Positions 37,901 through 48,104 are shown, numbered from the stretch's first letter. The stretch: 64,000 nucleotides of DNA from Antedon mediterranea (GCF_964355755.1 NC_092678.1:1876422-1940421); one strand, 5' to 3'. Translations and numbers: made by a program. Notes: a model not told the origin generated them from the letters alone.

Positions 37901-40064
37901 CCTATAAAGGGGACACTTTCCTATTAAAACAAAGAAAGGGAAATATGCTTTAATATCATGTCACTATTTAAGGGACAATTTGTTGGGTCTCGACGATGTG
38001 CCATTAATATAAATTCGGGACCCAACAAAGTGTCCCCTGAAAAGTGTCCCCTTAATAGGGGTTCTAATATCATTATCTTTTATTTGAATCGGCTTTCTCC
38101 CTCTTCCAATAAGTTACCAGGCTGCTACATCACCTTTCTACTTCTTCCGGTCTTACACTTCATGTTCCTCCAAACCAACTTCCCTGCTTTCTTCTTTTTT
38201 GATCTTTTAACGTCACCTTTAGCTGTCCTCTTTCTCTTTTACCTCCAACTTTGGATGCTAAGCTCTCTTTACTAATGCATCTTTTCTTTGTCCCATCCAT
38301 CTCAAGCTACTCCTCGCACCTTCCATGATTGTTCCATCCATGAGCTTCTTTGTGTTTCTCCTTTCTGCCTGCTTAATACCACACTTCTTATCATTGCCCT
38401 TTCTGTTCTTCTCAAAATTCCTTGTTGTCTTTATGTTCGATGTTTTGGTGCCATACACAATCGTTGATCTTGCACAGGATTTGTCGATCTTTCCTTTCAT
38501 TCACAATGTAAATCTTCAGCTACACACATATTTTTTCATGTTTATTATTATTATTATTATTACTAGATGGTATGCTCGCTTCGCTCGCGTACCGTCTAGG
38601 TCGTGCCCACAGATGGTTCTTGAATACATAATAATTTCAGCGTTAAAACACTGGCGATTTCAAATGTACGTACCGCAGGAACGAATAAATAGACACTTTG
38701 ATTTATGTACTCAACTAAAATTAGCACCCTGGGAATTCCTTCCGCAAGAGAAACTGTTTAAAACTTAATAAGTTGTGTTTTGTATGTAACATTAGGGTTG
38801 AGGGATGGGGAAGAGGATGGGTGCAAGGAGGAACAATTTTTAAATATATTCTTTATCCATTTAGTAAGGAAATATTAATTGTTTTCATGTTTTACAAATA
38901 ATATACCACTAAACACAGTAAACCATTGCGATGTAATACTTTGTTGAAACTATCACCGTCCTAGTCGATTGAAAGTGTACAGTACATGTAACGATACATC
39001 ACTACGACGTGTACCGGTATATGTTTATATAATGTAAAACAATTTGTGAAAACCACCTCTATTCGGGGAAAATCATAAATTCGATTTAAGATCGTCAATA
39101 AATATTAAATTATCTAACTCAACTTAATTAGTTACTACTACTACTCATGCCAGTGAGGGAAGGGTGATGATGTGGGTGGTTTAACTGCCATAATAAAGAT
39201 TTGTACATAATATACGGCGACTGAAAACGCTAGCTCATTATCCGTTAAAACAAATCTATATCCAACCTCTGCAGTACAGATTGAAAAAAAAAAAATGGAT
39301 CGAATTTCTGTTATGAGTATACAGTACTTGCCTTTACGACGCCTGAGGGAATAGACACTTGTGGAACAGAGAGAAACTTGTCAAACAGAGATTGGAATGT
39401 TCCATTCATCGCAAATCAATAAATTTGTATAAACGTATATTAAATCTATCAAAATAGTATTTTTTAAAGAAAATCGGCCTGTCTTCAACATTATGATACT
39501 GTACTCGAGCTGTTCAACCCGTTTTCAGCCATTAAAAACAATTATCGTAGGAGGAGATAGGAAAATGCGAATCATCCTCGTATTATTGTATGCGGGTATT
39601 TTTTCATGGACATTCATTTAGACAGTGTATACCACGATTGGAAAACACCCCTATTTGGGGCAAATCGTTGAACCTAAATTCGTTTTAATCGTCAATAACA
39701 AATTATCTAACTTAATTTAATTAGTAAACAGGGTTAAATCAGGTGGTTTAAATCAGTACCGAAAGTATGAACCAACTGTATATACCATCGAGTAAAAATT
39801 CTAGAAGTAAGGCGCGATTTACCGAATTTTGCCCTTACGTAAATTTATATATAGATTATTCAGATTTTGTCATTTTATTTCAGTATGGCAAGCCGAACTT
39901 TACACGTCATTTTAATAGACACCAGTAAACCAGGAAATGATTTATACTTGCATCAGGAGCTTATCGACAGAGGTCTTGCAACGTCTCAACCTTACGACCA
40001 ACAACAGCCAATCGGAAAGAAATCCAAGCAATATGATCGATATGCTAATTGTGTACCAGGCTGA
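7968..40064 (+). CDS. Multi-Tudor protein with CCCH zinc finger (3 extended Tudor domains; Krimper/TDRD-like, likely piRNA pathway), about 1273 aa, 17 coding exons
   Basis: Phase-consistent GT-AG exons: 7968-8084, 8608-8749, 9081-9786, 12457-12581, 13702-13841, 14265-14465, 22917-22995, 23540-24571, 24959-25055, 25448-25563, 25722-25934, 26426-26515, 30162-30387, 30994-31144, 37382-37530, 37803-37859, 39884-40064 (3822 nt, no internal stop). Tudor motifs FTQDNCWYR...YVDYGN, YSEDERWCR...YVDFGN, YQADNKWYR...YLDYGN, each with flanking extended-Tudor segments; CCCH CRFYARGDLCFQGDNCQYLH. The first two exons are the least certain. Confidence 0.88.
9895..11434 (+). mobile_element. Non-autonomous Helitron copy (degenerate, with an inserted pogo-like MITE segment)
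   Basis: Reverse-complement homologous to 15613-18078 and 38563-39855; 3' hairpin CCTAGATGGTATGCGAGCGTACCATCTAG followed by T; 5' end blurred into a (TA)n run; TACAGTCAACTCTCCC... pogo-like terminus near 10615. Confidence 0.7.
11648..12195. mobile_element. Kolobok-type MITE
   Basis: TIRs AGATGTATTGTCCCT / AGGGACAATACATCT flanked by TTAA on both sides; purine-start termini plus a TTAA TSD fit Kolobok. Confidence 0.75.
12661..12870. mobile_element. Short Harbinger-like MITE (GCCTGGTTCCCACTAG family)
   Basis: Imperfect TIRs GCCTGGTTCCCACTAG / TATTGTGAACCAACC; related copies or remnants near 8313, 4435-4515 and 24790-24923. Confidence 0.5.
12969..13404. mobile_element. Harbinger-like MITE containing a Meta-type SINE (about 13093-13355)
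   Basis: Imperfect TIRs GGCCAACACAAACAGCGTCGTATG / CGTATGATGCTCTCTGAGTTGGCC; internal SINE shares GAATAAGGCTATAAA and CCTAGTACATCTTTC with the 30456 copy and ends in an (AAT)n-like tail. Confidence 0.55.
13880..14180 (+). mobile_element. tRNA-derived SINE with conserved central domain
   Basis: A-box-like TGGCGCAGTG, then GTGTCCTTAGGAAAGACAC and CACCCAGATGTAGAAATGGGTACC (common in metazoan SINE cores), with an (ATT)n-like tail. Confidence 0.55.
15613..18078 (-). mobile_element. Non-autonomous Helitron
   Basis: Minus strand starts TCTATATATAAATTTACG and ends with a hairpin plus CTAG; inserted between A and T with no TSD. Rejoined flanks GAAGAA|TAACAAAATTAC match the intact subunit near 18811. 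Confidence 0.85.
16413..17425. mobile_element. Kolobok internal-deletion derivative nested in the Helitron
   Basis: Perfect TIRs AGGAAAGGAACACCCT / AGGGTGTTCCTTTCCT with TTAA TSD; the empty site (GGTGGTTTAACTGC) is seen in the Helitron copy near 39175; coding remnants EPEYTERE...WCTCGQC (+) and ...RRLLVDDAVSTLF (-). Confidence 0.85.
19005..20238. mobile_element. Non-autonomous DNA transposon with 6-bp TSD (hAT6-like, inferred)
   Basis: TIRs CAGACCTTGATTTA / TAAATCAAGGTCTG; TSD GTCAGT at 18999-19004 and 20239-20244; interrupts a subunit of the foldback element. Confidence 0.8.
20958..22728. mobile_element. Non-autonomous DNA transposon with 5-bp TSD (hAT5-like, inferred)
   Basis: TIRs CTACGCTCGCGCTAA / TTAGCGCGAGCGTAG; TSD ATGTT at 20953-20957 and 22729-22733; subterminal TCGCCA/TGGCGA repeats. 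Confidence 0.75.
24790..24923. mobile_element. Short Harbinger-like MITE
   Basis: GCTTGGTTTTCACTAG ... TAATGTGAACCAAGC flanked by TAA/TTA; same family as 12661. Confidence 0.5.
26116..26325 (+). repeat. Intronic minisatellite, ~21-bp unit (GGACTTTACCCACAACCCATT-like), about 9-10 degenerate copies
   Basis: Direct tandem repeats visible in the sequence. Confidence 0.8.
26631..29875 (+). mobile_element. Helentron-associated non-autonomous element (HINE/DINE-1-like) interrupted by a LINE
   Basis: T-rich flanks; 5' palindrome AGGTGATCATTT...AAATGATCACCT; 3' subterminal ATCACCTA, a small hairpin AATTCGTCAAAGTGACAAATT and terminal CTAG followed by TT. Confidence 0.6.
26821..28712 (+). mobile_element. 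5'-truncated LINE (CR1/L2/Crack group), RT and C-terminus, one in-frame stop
   Basis: ORFs 26886-27287 and 27390-28538 are in the same frame, separated by TAA at 27285; NYRPISIL, GVPQGSLLGPLLF and YADD motifs; tail AAATAAATC(AAATC)n; short ATCAC duplication at the ends. Confidence 0.9.
30456..30800 (+). mobile_element. tRNA-derived Meta-type SINE with internal insertion
   Basis: A-box TGGCCGAGCAG, B-box GGTTCAAG near 30645, core GGATATAAAGACTATAAACCGTAGGTCC. Confidence 0.6.
33018..36700 (-). mobile_element. LINE retrotransposon (CR1/L2/Crack group) with nearly intact ORF2
   Basis: (TTGAA)n tail at 33018-33043 preceded by AATAAA; ORF2 33445-36501; 5' boundary approximate and no ORF1 recognised. 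Confidence 0.9.
33445..36501 (-). CDS. LINE ORF2: APE endonuclease plus reverse transcriptase (1018 aa)
   Basis: Endonuclease motifs IGVSETW, GGGV, VYRPP, GDFN, SDH; RT motifs NYRPISIL, FIDLSKAFD, GVPQGSLLGPLLF, YADD; probable 1-bp frameshift near 33488. Confidence 0.9.
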   Translation of the reverse strand: MMYNLNADDGTSYHDRLSNINFFPLPSYSDNRNINRNLGNSTSNIDPDSNFFTNSNHSPSQYYDPNEFPVDSLSDCFSTIHFNSRSILKHIDEIKQLLSSINLPFDIIGVSETWLKYDNPLVQLPNYNFVSNHRTHKDGGGVAMYILDTLQFSIRSDLHPHPSNCESIFIEIKRPHHKNIIVGTVYRPPSSDPNQFLIELDIVLSNLTKENKNVYILGDFNIDILKHESDNTARQFINTLFSNHYLPLIDRPSRITNSTASLLDNIITNQFDCSHISGLLYSDISDHLPVFNISNLSDSFATSSNNEEIPSLRQINNTSLNNFYHDVSNQTWFDILNSNDPDFAYDLFDNTLKALYDQHFPLLKRNNTNKNKKIKSWMSNGLLKSIKYKHKLYAKFLHRPSPANEIKYKRYRNKLNSTIKIAKRIHFHDIFTKQKNDIKATWKSINSLLNHKNRNQHKGNTPVNCNGVPTKDPVIISKAFNDFFVEIGPSLANKIPPSNVSFKEFLPQPNPKSMFLTPVLEEDIIRIISSFDNNKAPGTDDFHTKAIKHVINLISLPLCHIFNLVLCKGVFPNRLKLARVTPVYKSGPKSNLSNYRPISILSIFSKALERIIYDRTFSFISKHNILFKRQYGFRKGHNTSMALIDLTNKIIHAFANRQFGIGLFIDLSKAFDTIDHNILLFKLSHYGIRGPALNVFKSYLTNRSQCTKYFNSISNFCPITCGVPQGSLLGPLLFTFYINDIHRTSNLLNFFLYADDTTVFHANKNIQTLFDTFNTNVIPLSQYFIANKLSLNHNKCSYILFGTPQLTRGIDVSPFKVVIDNQEIPSVKYNKFLGIIIDNSLSWKPHIQEIENKVSKNLGIISRLSSFLPTNILRTLYCTLILPYLSYGNIVWANTYPSNIIKLSILQKKAIRTISGAHPLSHSSHLFSKLNLLKLSDINLSQQGVFVFLATHSLLPCHLNDLFAPNNTVHKYYTRTRNNIYIPNHNTNYFQHSIRYSGPLLFNNFTPLNFLCCQPLFI
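38090..38520 (-). mobile_element. Decayed RTE-type LINE 3' fragment
   Basis: Minus-strand translation ARSTIVYGTKT...SLRWMGQRKDALVKRA resembles an RTE ORF C-terminus. Confidence 0.45.
38563..39855 (-). mobile_element. Non-autonomous Helitron (copy lacking the Kolobok insertion)
   Basis: 5' TCTATATATAAATTTACGTAAGGGC, 3' hairpin plus CTAG, A|T insertion; highly similar to 15613-18078. Confidence 0.85.
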
Positions 40065-40544
40065 GCTACTTTTTGTTTTAGAGAATATTTACCGTATGTA
40101 CTGAAGTAAAAGTAATGGAAAGCTTTTGATTTGACGACGTAGGAACAGTTACATCATGTTAATTCATTGTGTGCAATTTTTGCGGATTTTATGCTTAGAC
40201 ACGACCAGCAATATGCATGAGTAGTTCCTATGTTGTCACAAATCGAAGCTCCCTAATAATGGTTTATTTTGTCAGAGTATTAACAATTATAATTGATTGT
40301 AAAAGTTGGGACATTGAAAAAAGGCAGCTCCAATTTTTTACATATAGATAGGGTACACTACAGATTATTTGCTGATCTGTCCACCTTTAATGGCCAAATT
40401 GTTAGCACCGTTCATTATCACCATTAAATATCACTAGATCAAAGGGTTTATCTGTGGCTGCAACAAGATCAGTGCGCTGCAGGGAATATGTACATAGTAC
40501 AGTACTGTTGGTATTTGTCGCAGCCAGACATAAGACAAGGCAAG

Positions 40545-41728
40545 GCCAATCATGATTTATTATTTCAACTACTTCAGAAAAGATACGGCATAAGCGGAAC
40601 CGCATTGAAATGGTTTATTTCATATTTTGAGAATCGTAGACAAGCAATCATTGTGGGTGATTCGATGTCTGATGAGTTCGCTCTACCCTGGGGTGTACCG
40701 CAGGGATCCGTAAAAGGTCCACTCGATTTCATCTTATACACTGGACCACTCAGCAACATCATTGATTCCCACCCGGAAGTTCGTCATATGATCTATGCAG
40801 ATGACACTCAACTATATTTAATCATGAAATCTACACATCACTCTGAATCTGTTAACAGCCTTGAATCATGCATTGCAGATGTTCGCTCATGGGCCATTCA
40901 AAATAAACTCATGCTCAACGACTCCCAAGACTGAAATGATCCATTTTCATTCAAAGTTCCGCGAGGCATCATCATTTCCTTTGGTCCATATCGGAGATAC
41001 TTGTGTCTCTACCTCCAGCTCAGCCAGAAATCTAGGTGTCCAACTAGACAACAGCCTCGGTTTAAAAGAACACATTCGTAATGTTTGCCGTGGTGCTTCC
41101 TTTGGAATTTACCAGATCGGCCAGATTCGTAAGTACCTTGACAAAACATCAACTGAACGTCTTGTTCATGCTTTTGTTTCATCTCGTCTGGACTGTAATA
41201 ACTCGCTTCTGTACGGCCTACCAACTTCTTATCTGTCTCCTCTTCAACGAATCCAAAATTCCGCCGCAAGACTTATCACTGGCACTAAACGACATGAACA
41301 TATTTCTCCAGTTTTACGTGACTTACACTGGTTGCCTGTAGATCAGCGCATTCGTTTTAAAATCCTGTTGCTGACATATAAGGCCATCAACGGATGTGCT
41401 CCAGCCTACATATGTGACATCATTACTCCGTCAACCAACTCTTCGCTTCGTTCATCCAGCAGACTTCTTCTAAAACCTGGACCCCGTTCCAGAACTCGGT
41501 TTTACGGTGATCGTGCTTTCGCTGTCGCAGCCCCAAAACTCTGGAACACTCTACCCCTCGAAATACGCTCATCAAAATCTGTTATCACATTTAAAACTAA
41601 ACTCAAAACTCATTTCTTCAGAGAAGCATAATCACACGCTACTACTTGCACAGATCTTGGAAAACACAGCGCTTTGAAACCTTTGTCTCTTGCGCTTTAT
41701 AAATGTTATTTATTATTATTATTATTAT
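40545..41728 (+). mobile_element. 5'-truncated L2-clade LINE (RT and C-terminus, frameshift near 40925)
   Basis: GVPQGSVKGP, YADDTQLY, SRLDCNNSLL, LHWLPVDQRIRFKIL, RAFAVAAPKLWNTLP, FKTKLKTHFF; L2-type 3' end GCGCTTTATAAATG...(ATT)n. Confidence 0.9.
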
Positions 41729-41805
41729 CAAATTCTCAGAAAAATATATAAAATGATAATAAATATGCAATTATACAGCAAGTACTGTACAATATAAACA
41801 AACCA

Positions 41806-42831
41806 AGTACTGTAGACAGTAATAGTCCTATGTCTGACCAATGACACAGTACACTGTATAAAAGTACTGTAGACAGTAATAGTCCTATGTCTGACCAATG
41901 ACACAGTACACTGTATAAAAGTACTGTAGACAGTAATAGTCCTATGTCTGACCAATGACACAGTACACTGTATAAAAGTACTGTAGACAGTAATAGTCCT
42001 ATGTCTGACCAATGACACAGTACACTGTATAAAAGTACTGTAGACAGTAATAGTCCTATGTCTGACCAATGACACAGTACACTGTATAAAAGTACTGTAG
42101 ACAGTAATAGTCCTATGTCTGACCAATGACACAGTACACTGTATAAAAGTACTGTAGACAGTAATAGTCCTATGTCTGACCAATGACACAGTACACTGTA
42201 TAAAAGTACTGTAGACAGTAATAGTCCTATGTCTGACCAATGACACAGTACACTGTATAAAAGTACTCTAGACAGTAATAGTCCTATGTCTGACCAATGA
42301 CACAGTACACTGTATAAAAGTACTGTAGACAGTAATAGTCCTATGTCTGACCAATGACACAGTACACTGTATAAAAGTACTGTAGACAGTAATAGTCCTA
42401 TGTCTGACCAATGACACAGTACACTGTATAAAAGTACTCTAGACAGTAATAGTCCTATGTCTGACCAATGACACAGTACACTGTATAAAAGTACTGTAGA
42501 CAGTAATAGTCCTATGTCTGACCAATGACACAGTACACTGTATAAAAGTACTGTAGACAGTAATAGTCCTATGTCTGACCAATGACACAGTACACTGTAT
42601 AAAAGTACTGTAGACAGTAATAGTCCTATGTCTGACCAATGACACAGTACACTGTATAAAAGTACTCTAGACAGTAATAGTCCTATGTCTGACCAATGAC
42701 ACAGTACACTGTATAAAAGTACTGTAGACAGTAATAGTCCTATGTCTGACCAATGACACAGTACACGGTATAAAAGTACTGTAGACAGTAATAGTCCTAT
42801 GTCTGACCAATGACACAGTACACTGTATAAA
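41806..42831 (+). repeat. 57-bp minisatellite, 18 near-identical copies
   Basis: Unit AGTACTGTAGACAGTAATAGTCCTATGTCTGACCAATGACACAGTACACTGTATAAA; 1026 bp = 18 x 57; a G>C variant in units 9, 12 and 16 and one other change in unit 17. Confidence 0.95.
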
Positions 42832-42905
42832 TGTTATTTATTATTATTATTAAGCCAAGGCAAGCTCGAGTGTCCTGTTGTTAGATTACCATTATATTTG
42901 AACTA

Positions 42906-44081
42906 CAGTACAGAAAGAAAATACTGCAACGTTTCCTAAGAAGTAGCTTCGTAGATAGAACATAGGCTACGTTGTTGGCTTCGTAGGTTACATTGTTTGG
43001 CTTCGTAACCTCAATAAACAACTTTTAATGAGCTACGTTCTGAACTTCGTAGGGAGTTTGTAACCTTAATAAACAACCCTATGTGAAGTAAGGTGTGAAA
43101 ATTAATGTGTTAATTTTGACTGGTGGAGGACCAAGTTGTAAATTACTAAGAAATATCTGATATTTTTTTAATTGTAATCGTTTCCTTCGAACGTGTTTAC
43201 CTACTAAACCTTTACGTAAATATAAATTTCCCACAATGTAAACATAGAGACACGATCCAACACAATGAACTAGGTCAACTAATAAAAAGTAATACAGCGA
43301 ACATCTAGTCGATCCAGAAACGATGCCGACAAAAAAGATCGTAATAGTATCAGAATGTTCAGTCGGTCGCTCAAAAAAACTGCCGACAGTAGACCGTAAT
43401 CAATACAGACCTAGTTTGTTTGGTCACATGGCATGAAACGCAATATTGTATTCTCTGTTTTACTGCAACCTTTAACATGCGTTTTTTTACTCTGTATGAC
43501 GAGAGGGGTGGATGCAAAACAGTAATTAAGATCGTGTACATGGATTTTGTGTCACATGACATGAACCATAATACTCTCTAAGCTCTAAACTGTTCCCATT
43601 CCAAATTGTGGTTGTAATAATAATTTATTTGTTAAATTTTAATGTTAAATCTTAACATGGAATATATATTTGTTTTACATATATTTTGTTTTGTTCGTGT
43701 CCTAGCCTAGCTGGTGTCGTTTTTATAATTTGCTAACCCAAGGTAGGATTAATTTAAAATGTCCGATGTCCTCTCGTCAGCGGATGTCCGGCCAAATTAG
43801 GATAACCGATGCGTAAGGCGGCTACAAAAATTTACGTCTTCTAGCTTTAGATAGGATTTTAATTAGCGAACAACACAATTGTTTGTATTGTCCAAGACAA
43901 TGGTGTTTCCTAACCCTACAAACCACCCTACGATTGACACGTAGATAATTATCATAAAAATACATCGTAGGTACGAACAATACTTCGTAGGCTACGTTCA
44001 GGGAACAATGACTTACGATTTACCTACGCGTAGGCTGCGAAAGGTTACGTAGATACGAAGCAGTCATTTCTTTCTGTACTG
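42906..44081. mobile_element. Tc1/mariner(pogo)-type non-autonomous element
   Basis: TIRs CAGTACAGAAAGAAA / TTTCTTTCTGTACTG with TA TSD; subterminal TTCGTAG/CTACG repeats. Confidence 0.8.
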
Positions 44082-46279
44082 TAATGGCTTGATACAATTA
44101 ACCAAGTGGAAAAGATACACTGAAGTGTGTTGTATTATTTTGCCTATTTATTAAATAGAATGTGATTGGTTGAAATAGCATCACATATGATACCATTCCG
44201 GGGATCGAAAATATTATATTACTATTGCATCCGTGCTACATGCTTTGGAGAAATATAATCCCTCGAGAACACTATAATTTCTTCGGAGGATTTTAAATGT
44301 TATATTATCCCAAAGAAAGCAATGTCCGTATAATAAAGTATACCATTTTTGTTTGTCTTTTTCAGAATGTTGTGTAGGCCTGCAGCGATGGTTTTGATCT
44401 AGTAGGTCATGTAGTGCCCAGCAGAGCATGCTAATTTCTGTTCCTGTCTGCAAGGCCAGCATGGCAAAGATATTTCACCTTGTTCTTTTAATGTTTTGCT
44501 ACCCATTCAAGAAATTATATTATTTTTAAGTTTTTTAAGATATACATTTATATATCTATTTTATTTTATACAAATTAAAACTTTATTTAGAAAATGAATA
44601 ATTTTGTTCTCCTTATATACCAAGTGTATGCGTACATATAGCAATAGTAGCACATAATTAGCAGCAACAAAGCATAAAGTCATTTGTGGCGTTTCATACA
44701 TGATTCCTCTTTATTTTCAGGAAACCGTGTATTCAAATGACAAAATTTAAGATTCAAATGGAATCCCTAGTTTGTATCGTCAATTAGTCCAAGGCTATCG
44801 AACCAAAGGATACCGTGCTCGACATGTCAATGTATGAACTCGTAACAGTCCTTTGATCCTATCTTTGGCTGTAGTGTCAATTTGTCTATACTGTACGTTT
44901 GGGTGGACAGTAGTAGTTTCTTCTAAAGAATAAGGCACTAGCGCCAGTGTTGTGATCAACGCTCCACACACAGTAATCAATGAGACCCTGTTACTATTGA
45001 CTATAACAATCAACTTTTAATAACTCCTTGAATGTAAAACATCAACCGTAAAGGTATATCAACTGACAACAAACATAAGTGTGGTGCGCGTAAAGAGCAT
45101 AATACAACAATGTTGGCATAGGGCACTTTCGCACCTAATTGAAAACGCTCTTCTGCGCGGAGGCGATGTTGAGTGGCGGTCTTATGCCCAATAATCTTGA
45201 GTGGTCACATTACTTACTTACTTACTTAATGTCATCCCACGACGGCTTCGATATCATGGTTAGTGGATGAACAGTAGCTTCCGAGGTACTTGAAATCCTC
45301 GACTCGCACATTAAAGTGCGAAATTGGAAGTAAAAATACACAATACAGGTGCAAACGTGCACTAGCGCCAAAAATAATGTTGATCCGTGTCATTGACACT
45401 AATCAAGAACCGTGTTAACCTTTTTAATAGTTAATAATCAAGCGTAATTTGTCTAGGTAAAAATTGTATTCAAAGTTGATTACCAAATTGAATGACTGAC
45501 TTCTAGTGTGTACATACTGGAATCTTTCATCTGATGGAAACAAAACTGATGAGTTTTTTTTTTTCAGTTATATATACAAATTCAATTCCATAACATTTTT
45601 ATGGAGTGGCCATAGTGTTATTTATATATACATATACAACGTAGGCTTTAAGTACTGTGCAAACAGTTCAGTATAGTTAATAAATAATATAATAGTTTGT
45701 GTGTTGGCCGCACCTATAAAACCCTACCTACCAATTTAAAGTTATGGTTGCGCTATAGAAACACATTTAAGTTTATTTTCTCAAAGTTAATGTATGTTAA
45801 AAAGTACTGATTAACATCTTATTATTCAAGGGAGCTGAGGTAAGTAGACTTTTAAAAAATATTAAAGCACCTCATAACATTTTTTATGTGGCTTTAACCA
45901 TTAACGCTTTAATGTGTGATGCAACCAACTAATAAAAAATTGTGATATTTTTCATCGAGAAATTATTGATTCCATTGCAAGTTTGTTACACAAAAACTGA
46001 TTGCCGGGAATATATTAAAACAGGAATTCCTTCAGTCGATTACATTAGAAGTAGAAGGATTGGTGAGTTGTTTTTCTATTATAATAAAAATGCTAGGCCT
46101 AGGCTAGACATTGAGAATAACCATCACTGGTCGGGCACACACGACGCGCTTGTGTCAAGCTAGCCAACAATAAGTCAGCCCACTATTATTTTTCCAACCA
46201 ACAATAACTATGAAACGCCGTTTGTGTATTTTTTACATTTTCAGTGTTACTTATGGTTTTTATGGTAAGAAATTAAATA

Positions 46280-46935
46280 TTTGTGAGAAAACGGCAGATT
46301 GTTCCTGGGAATCACTTGGTAGGATTATACTAGGGTACCTCCTTAGTCGTCCAGTCCTCATCTTTTAAATGTGAGTGTAATTCTCAATTACGATTTTTAA
46401 TACTGTATTATATCATAGTGAAATTTGATACTGTATTTGTGAGACAACGGTGGATTTTTCCTAAGAGTCACTTGGTGGGATTATACTAGGGTACCTCCTT
46501 AGTTGTCCAGTATAAGTTAGTTTAGGACCACTGGTCCCGTTTACTCAGCCCTCATCTTTAAAATTTGAGTGTAACTAACTTACGATTAATATTTTAAAAT
46601 ATAGAGAAATTTGATACTGTATTTGTAAGAAAACAACGGATTGTTCCTGGTAGTCACTTGGTGGAATTATACTAGGGAACCTCCTTAGTTGTCCAGTATA
46701 AGTTAGAGTAGGACCACTGGTCCCATTTACTCAGCCCTCATCTTTTAAATTTGAGTGTAACTCAATCAATTATGATTAATATTTTAAAATATAGTGAAAT
46801 TTGATACTGTATTGTGTGAAAATTACGGACTGTTCCTGGGAGTCACTTGGTGGGATTATAATAGGGTACCTCCTTAGTCATAAAGTATAAGTTAGACTAG
46901 GACCACTGGTCCTGTTTACTCAGCCCTCATCTTGT
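46280..46935 (+). repeat. Tandem repeat, ~187-bp unit, about 3.5 copies
   Basis: Recurrent TCACTTGGTGGGATTATACTAGGGTACCTCCTTAGT...GGACCACTGGTCC...CAGCCCTCATC near 46310, 46465, 46652 and 46841. Confidence 0.85.
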
Positions 46936-48104
46936 AACTCAATTTACTTTAACCATACAGCAATTTGTTCTTTCACCAATTTATTCATACGGCAATGTGT
47001 GTGTCCGTACAGCAATATTTGTTCAATCGAGGAATTATATCTTTAACGCCATTTGTTTGGATACAGGAGCGGAATTGTTCGTACGGCAATGTTTGTCTAT
47101 TTTGGCCCTAGTACTACTACCCCTGAGTAGGTAACAGTCAAACCAATATTCCATATTTACTGGACTTGCATTAAACAGCATGACATAAGCTCTTACGCTA
47201 AAACATTTGTTTTGGAAAAGAAAAAGAAAGAACAAAAATGTTTATATGATTTTCAATGACTGGTGCAACTTTATAAAAGCAAAATAAATGAAATTAAATG
47301 AAAAGACTAAGGTGTAGGTGTCATGAGATTAGTTATTCTAGGTTGAGACTAAGGTGTAGGTGTCATGAGATTAGTTATTCTAGGTTGTTCTAGAGGGGTA
47401 GTTTTCCAAGGAGAATATTCAATTCAATTTATTCCGGATTTTACTGGGGGATCATCGCTTTCGATGGGACGTCCCATCCCAAATTTAAAAATATAATTAA
47501 ATAGACTGGTTAAGACCTAACATTGGTTATTTCAAACTCATAGAAGATCATGATAGATACATAACTGGATAATATAAAATAAAAAATAAGCAACACTAAC
47601 ACTAAAGTTTCTTTTCGTAGAACACTGTTTAAGTTTAACAGAAAAAGTTTTAACATCAAGTAGACATCTGAAGGAGCAAGTCCCAGATCAGAGAGAATCT
47701 AATAGAAGTTGTCCTAGAGCTAACGACGACGACGAGACACTCCATTTGGGTTTAGAGAGATGTGCCCATTTGTTGAAGAGACGTGCCTTTTAGTTTAAAG
47801 TGACGCATTATTTGGTTTGACGAGACATGCCTTTTAGGTGTTAGTAAGCGCATTATTAATAGGAGTTTGAGATTAGATTCTGACAAAGATTTTAATTTTT
47901 GGTTTGCCATTAGATTTGAGTGGTTTATTAAAACAAGCTTGTGATGCCCTGTTGCAGATGAGTAGTATTGGAACTATAAGACATAAAGCCATACCAACCA
48001 CCACTAATCAGGATCTGGAGGACCTTGAGATACTCAACAAAACAATAATAATAATTTTTTTATTGTTTTTGTTTAACAGGTGGATTTCTTTTTGTTATTT
48101 CCAG

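Noticed and set aside
41806-42831. CRISPR-like array or repeat protein (ORFs 41728-42246, 42439-42645)
   Set aside because: Units are contiguous and near-identical with no unique spacers, no cas genes, and the context is eukaryotic. The ORFs arise because 57 is a multiple of 3.
9010-45555. Hammerhead ribozymes at CTGATGA hits (about 9012, 13557, 29394, 40669, 45546)
   Set aside because: No flanking stems with a correctly placed GAAA could be built by eye; a covariance-model scan would be decisive.
45978-46062. Possible extra exon (QKLIAGNILKQEFLQSITLEVEGL|GTGAGT) of the kinesin pseudogene
   Set aside because: Good donor site but no recognisable motif or linkage to the other exons.
47304-47387. 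42-bp perfect tandem duplication
   Set aside because: Ordinary local duplication with no further structure.
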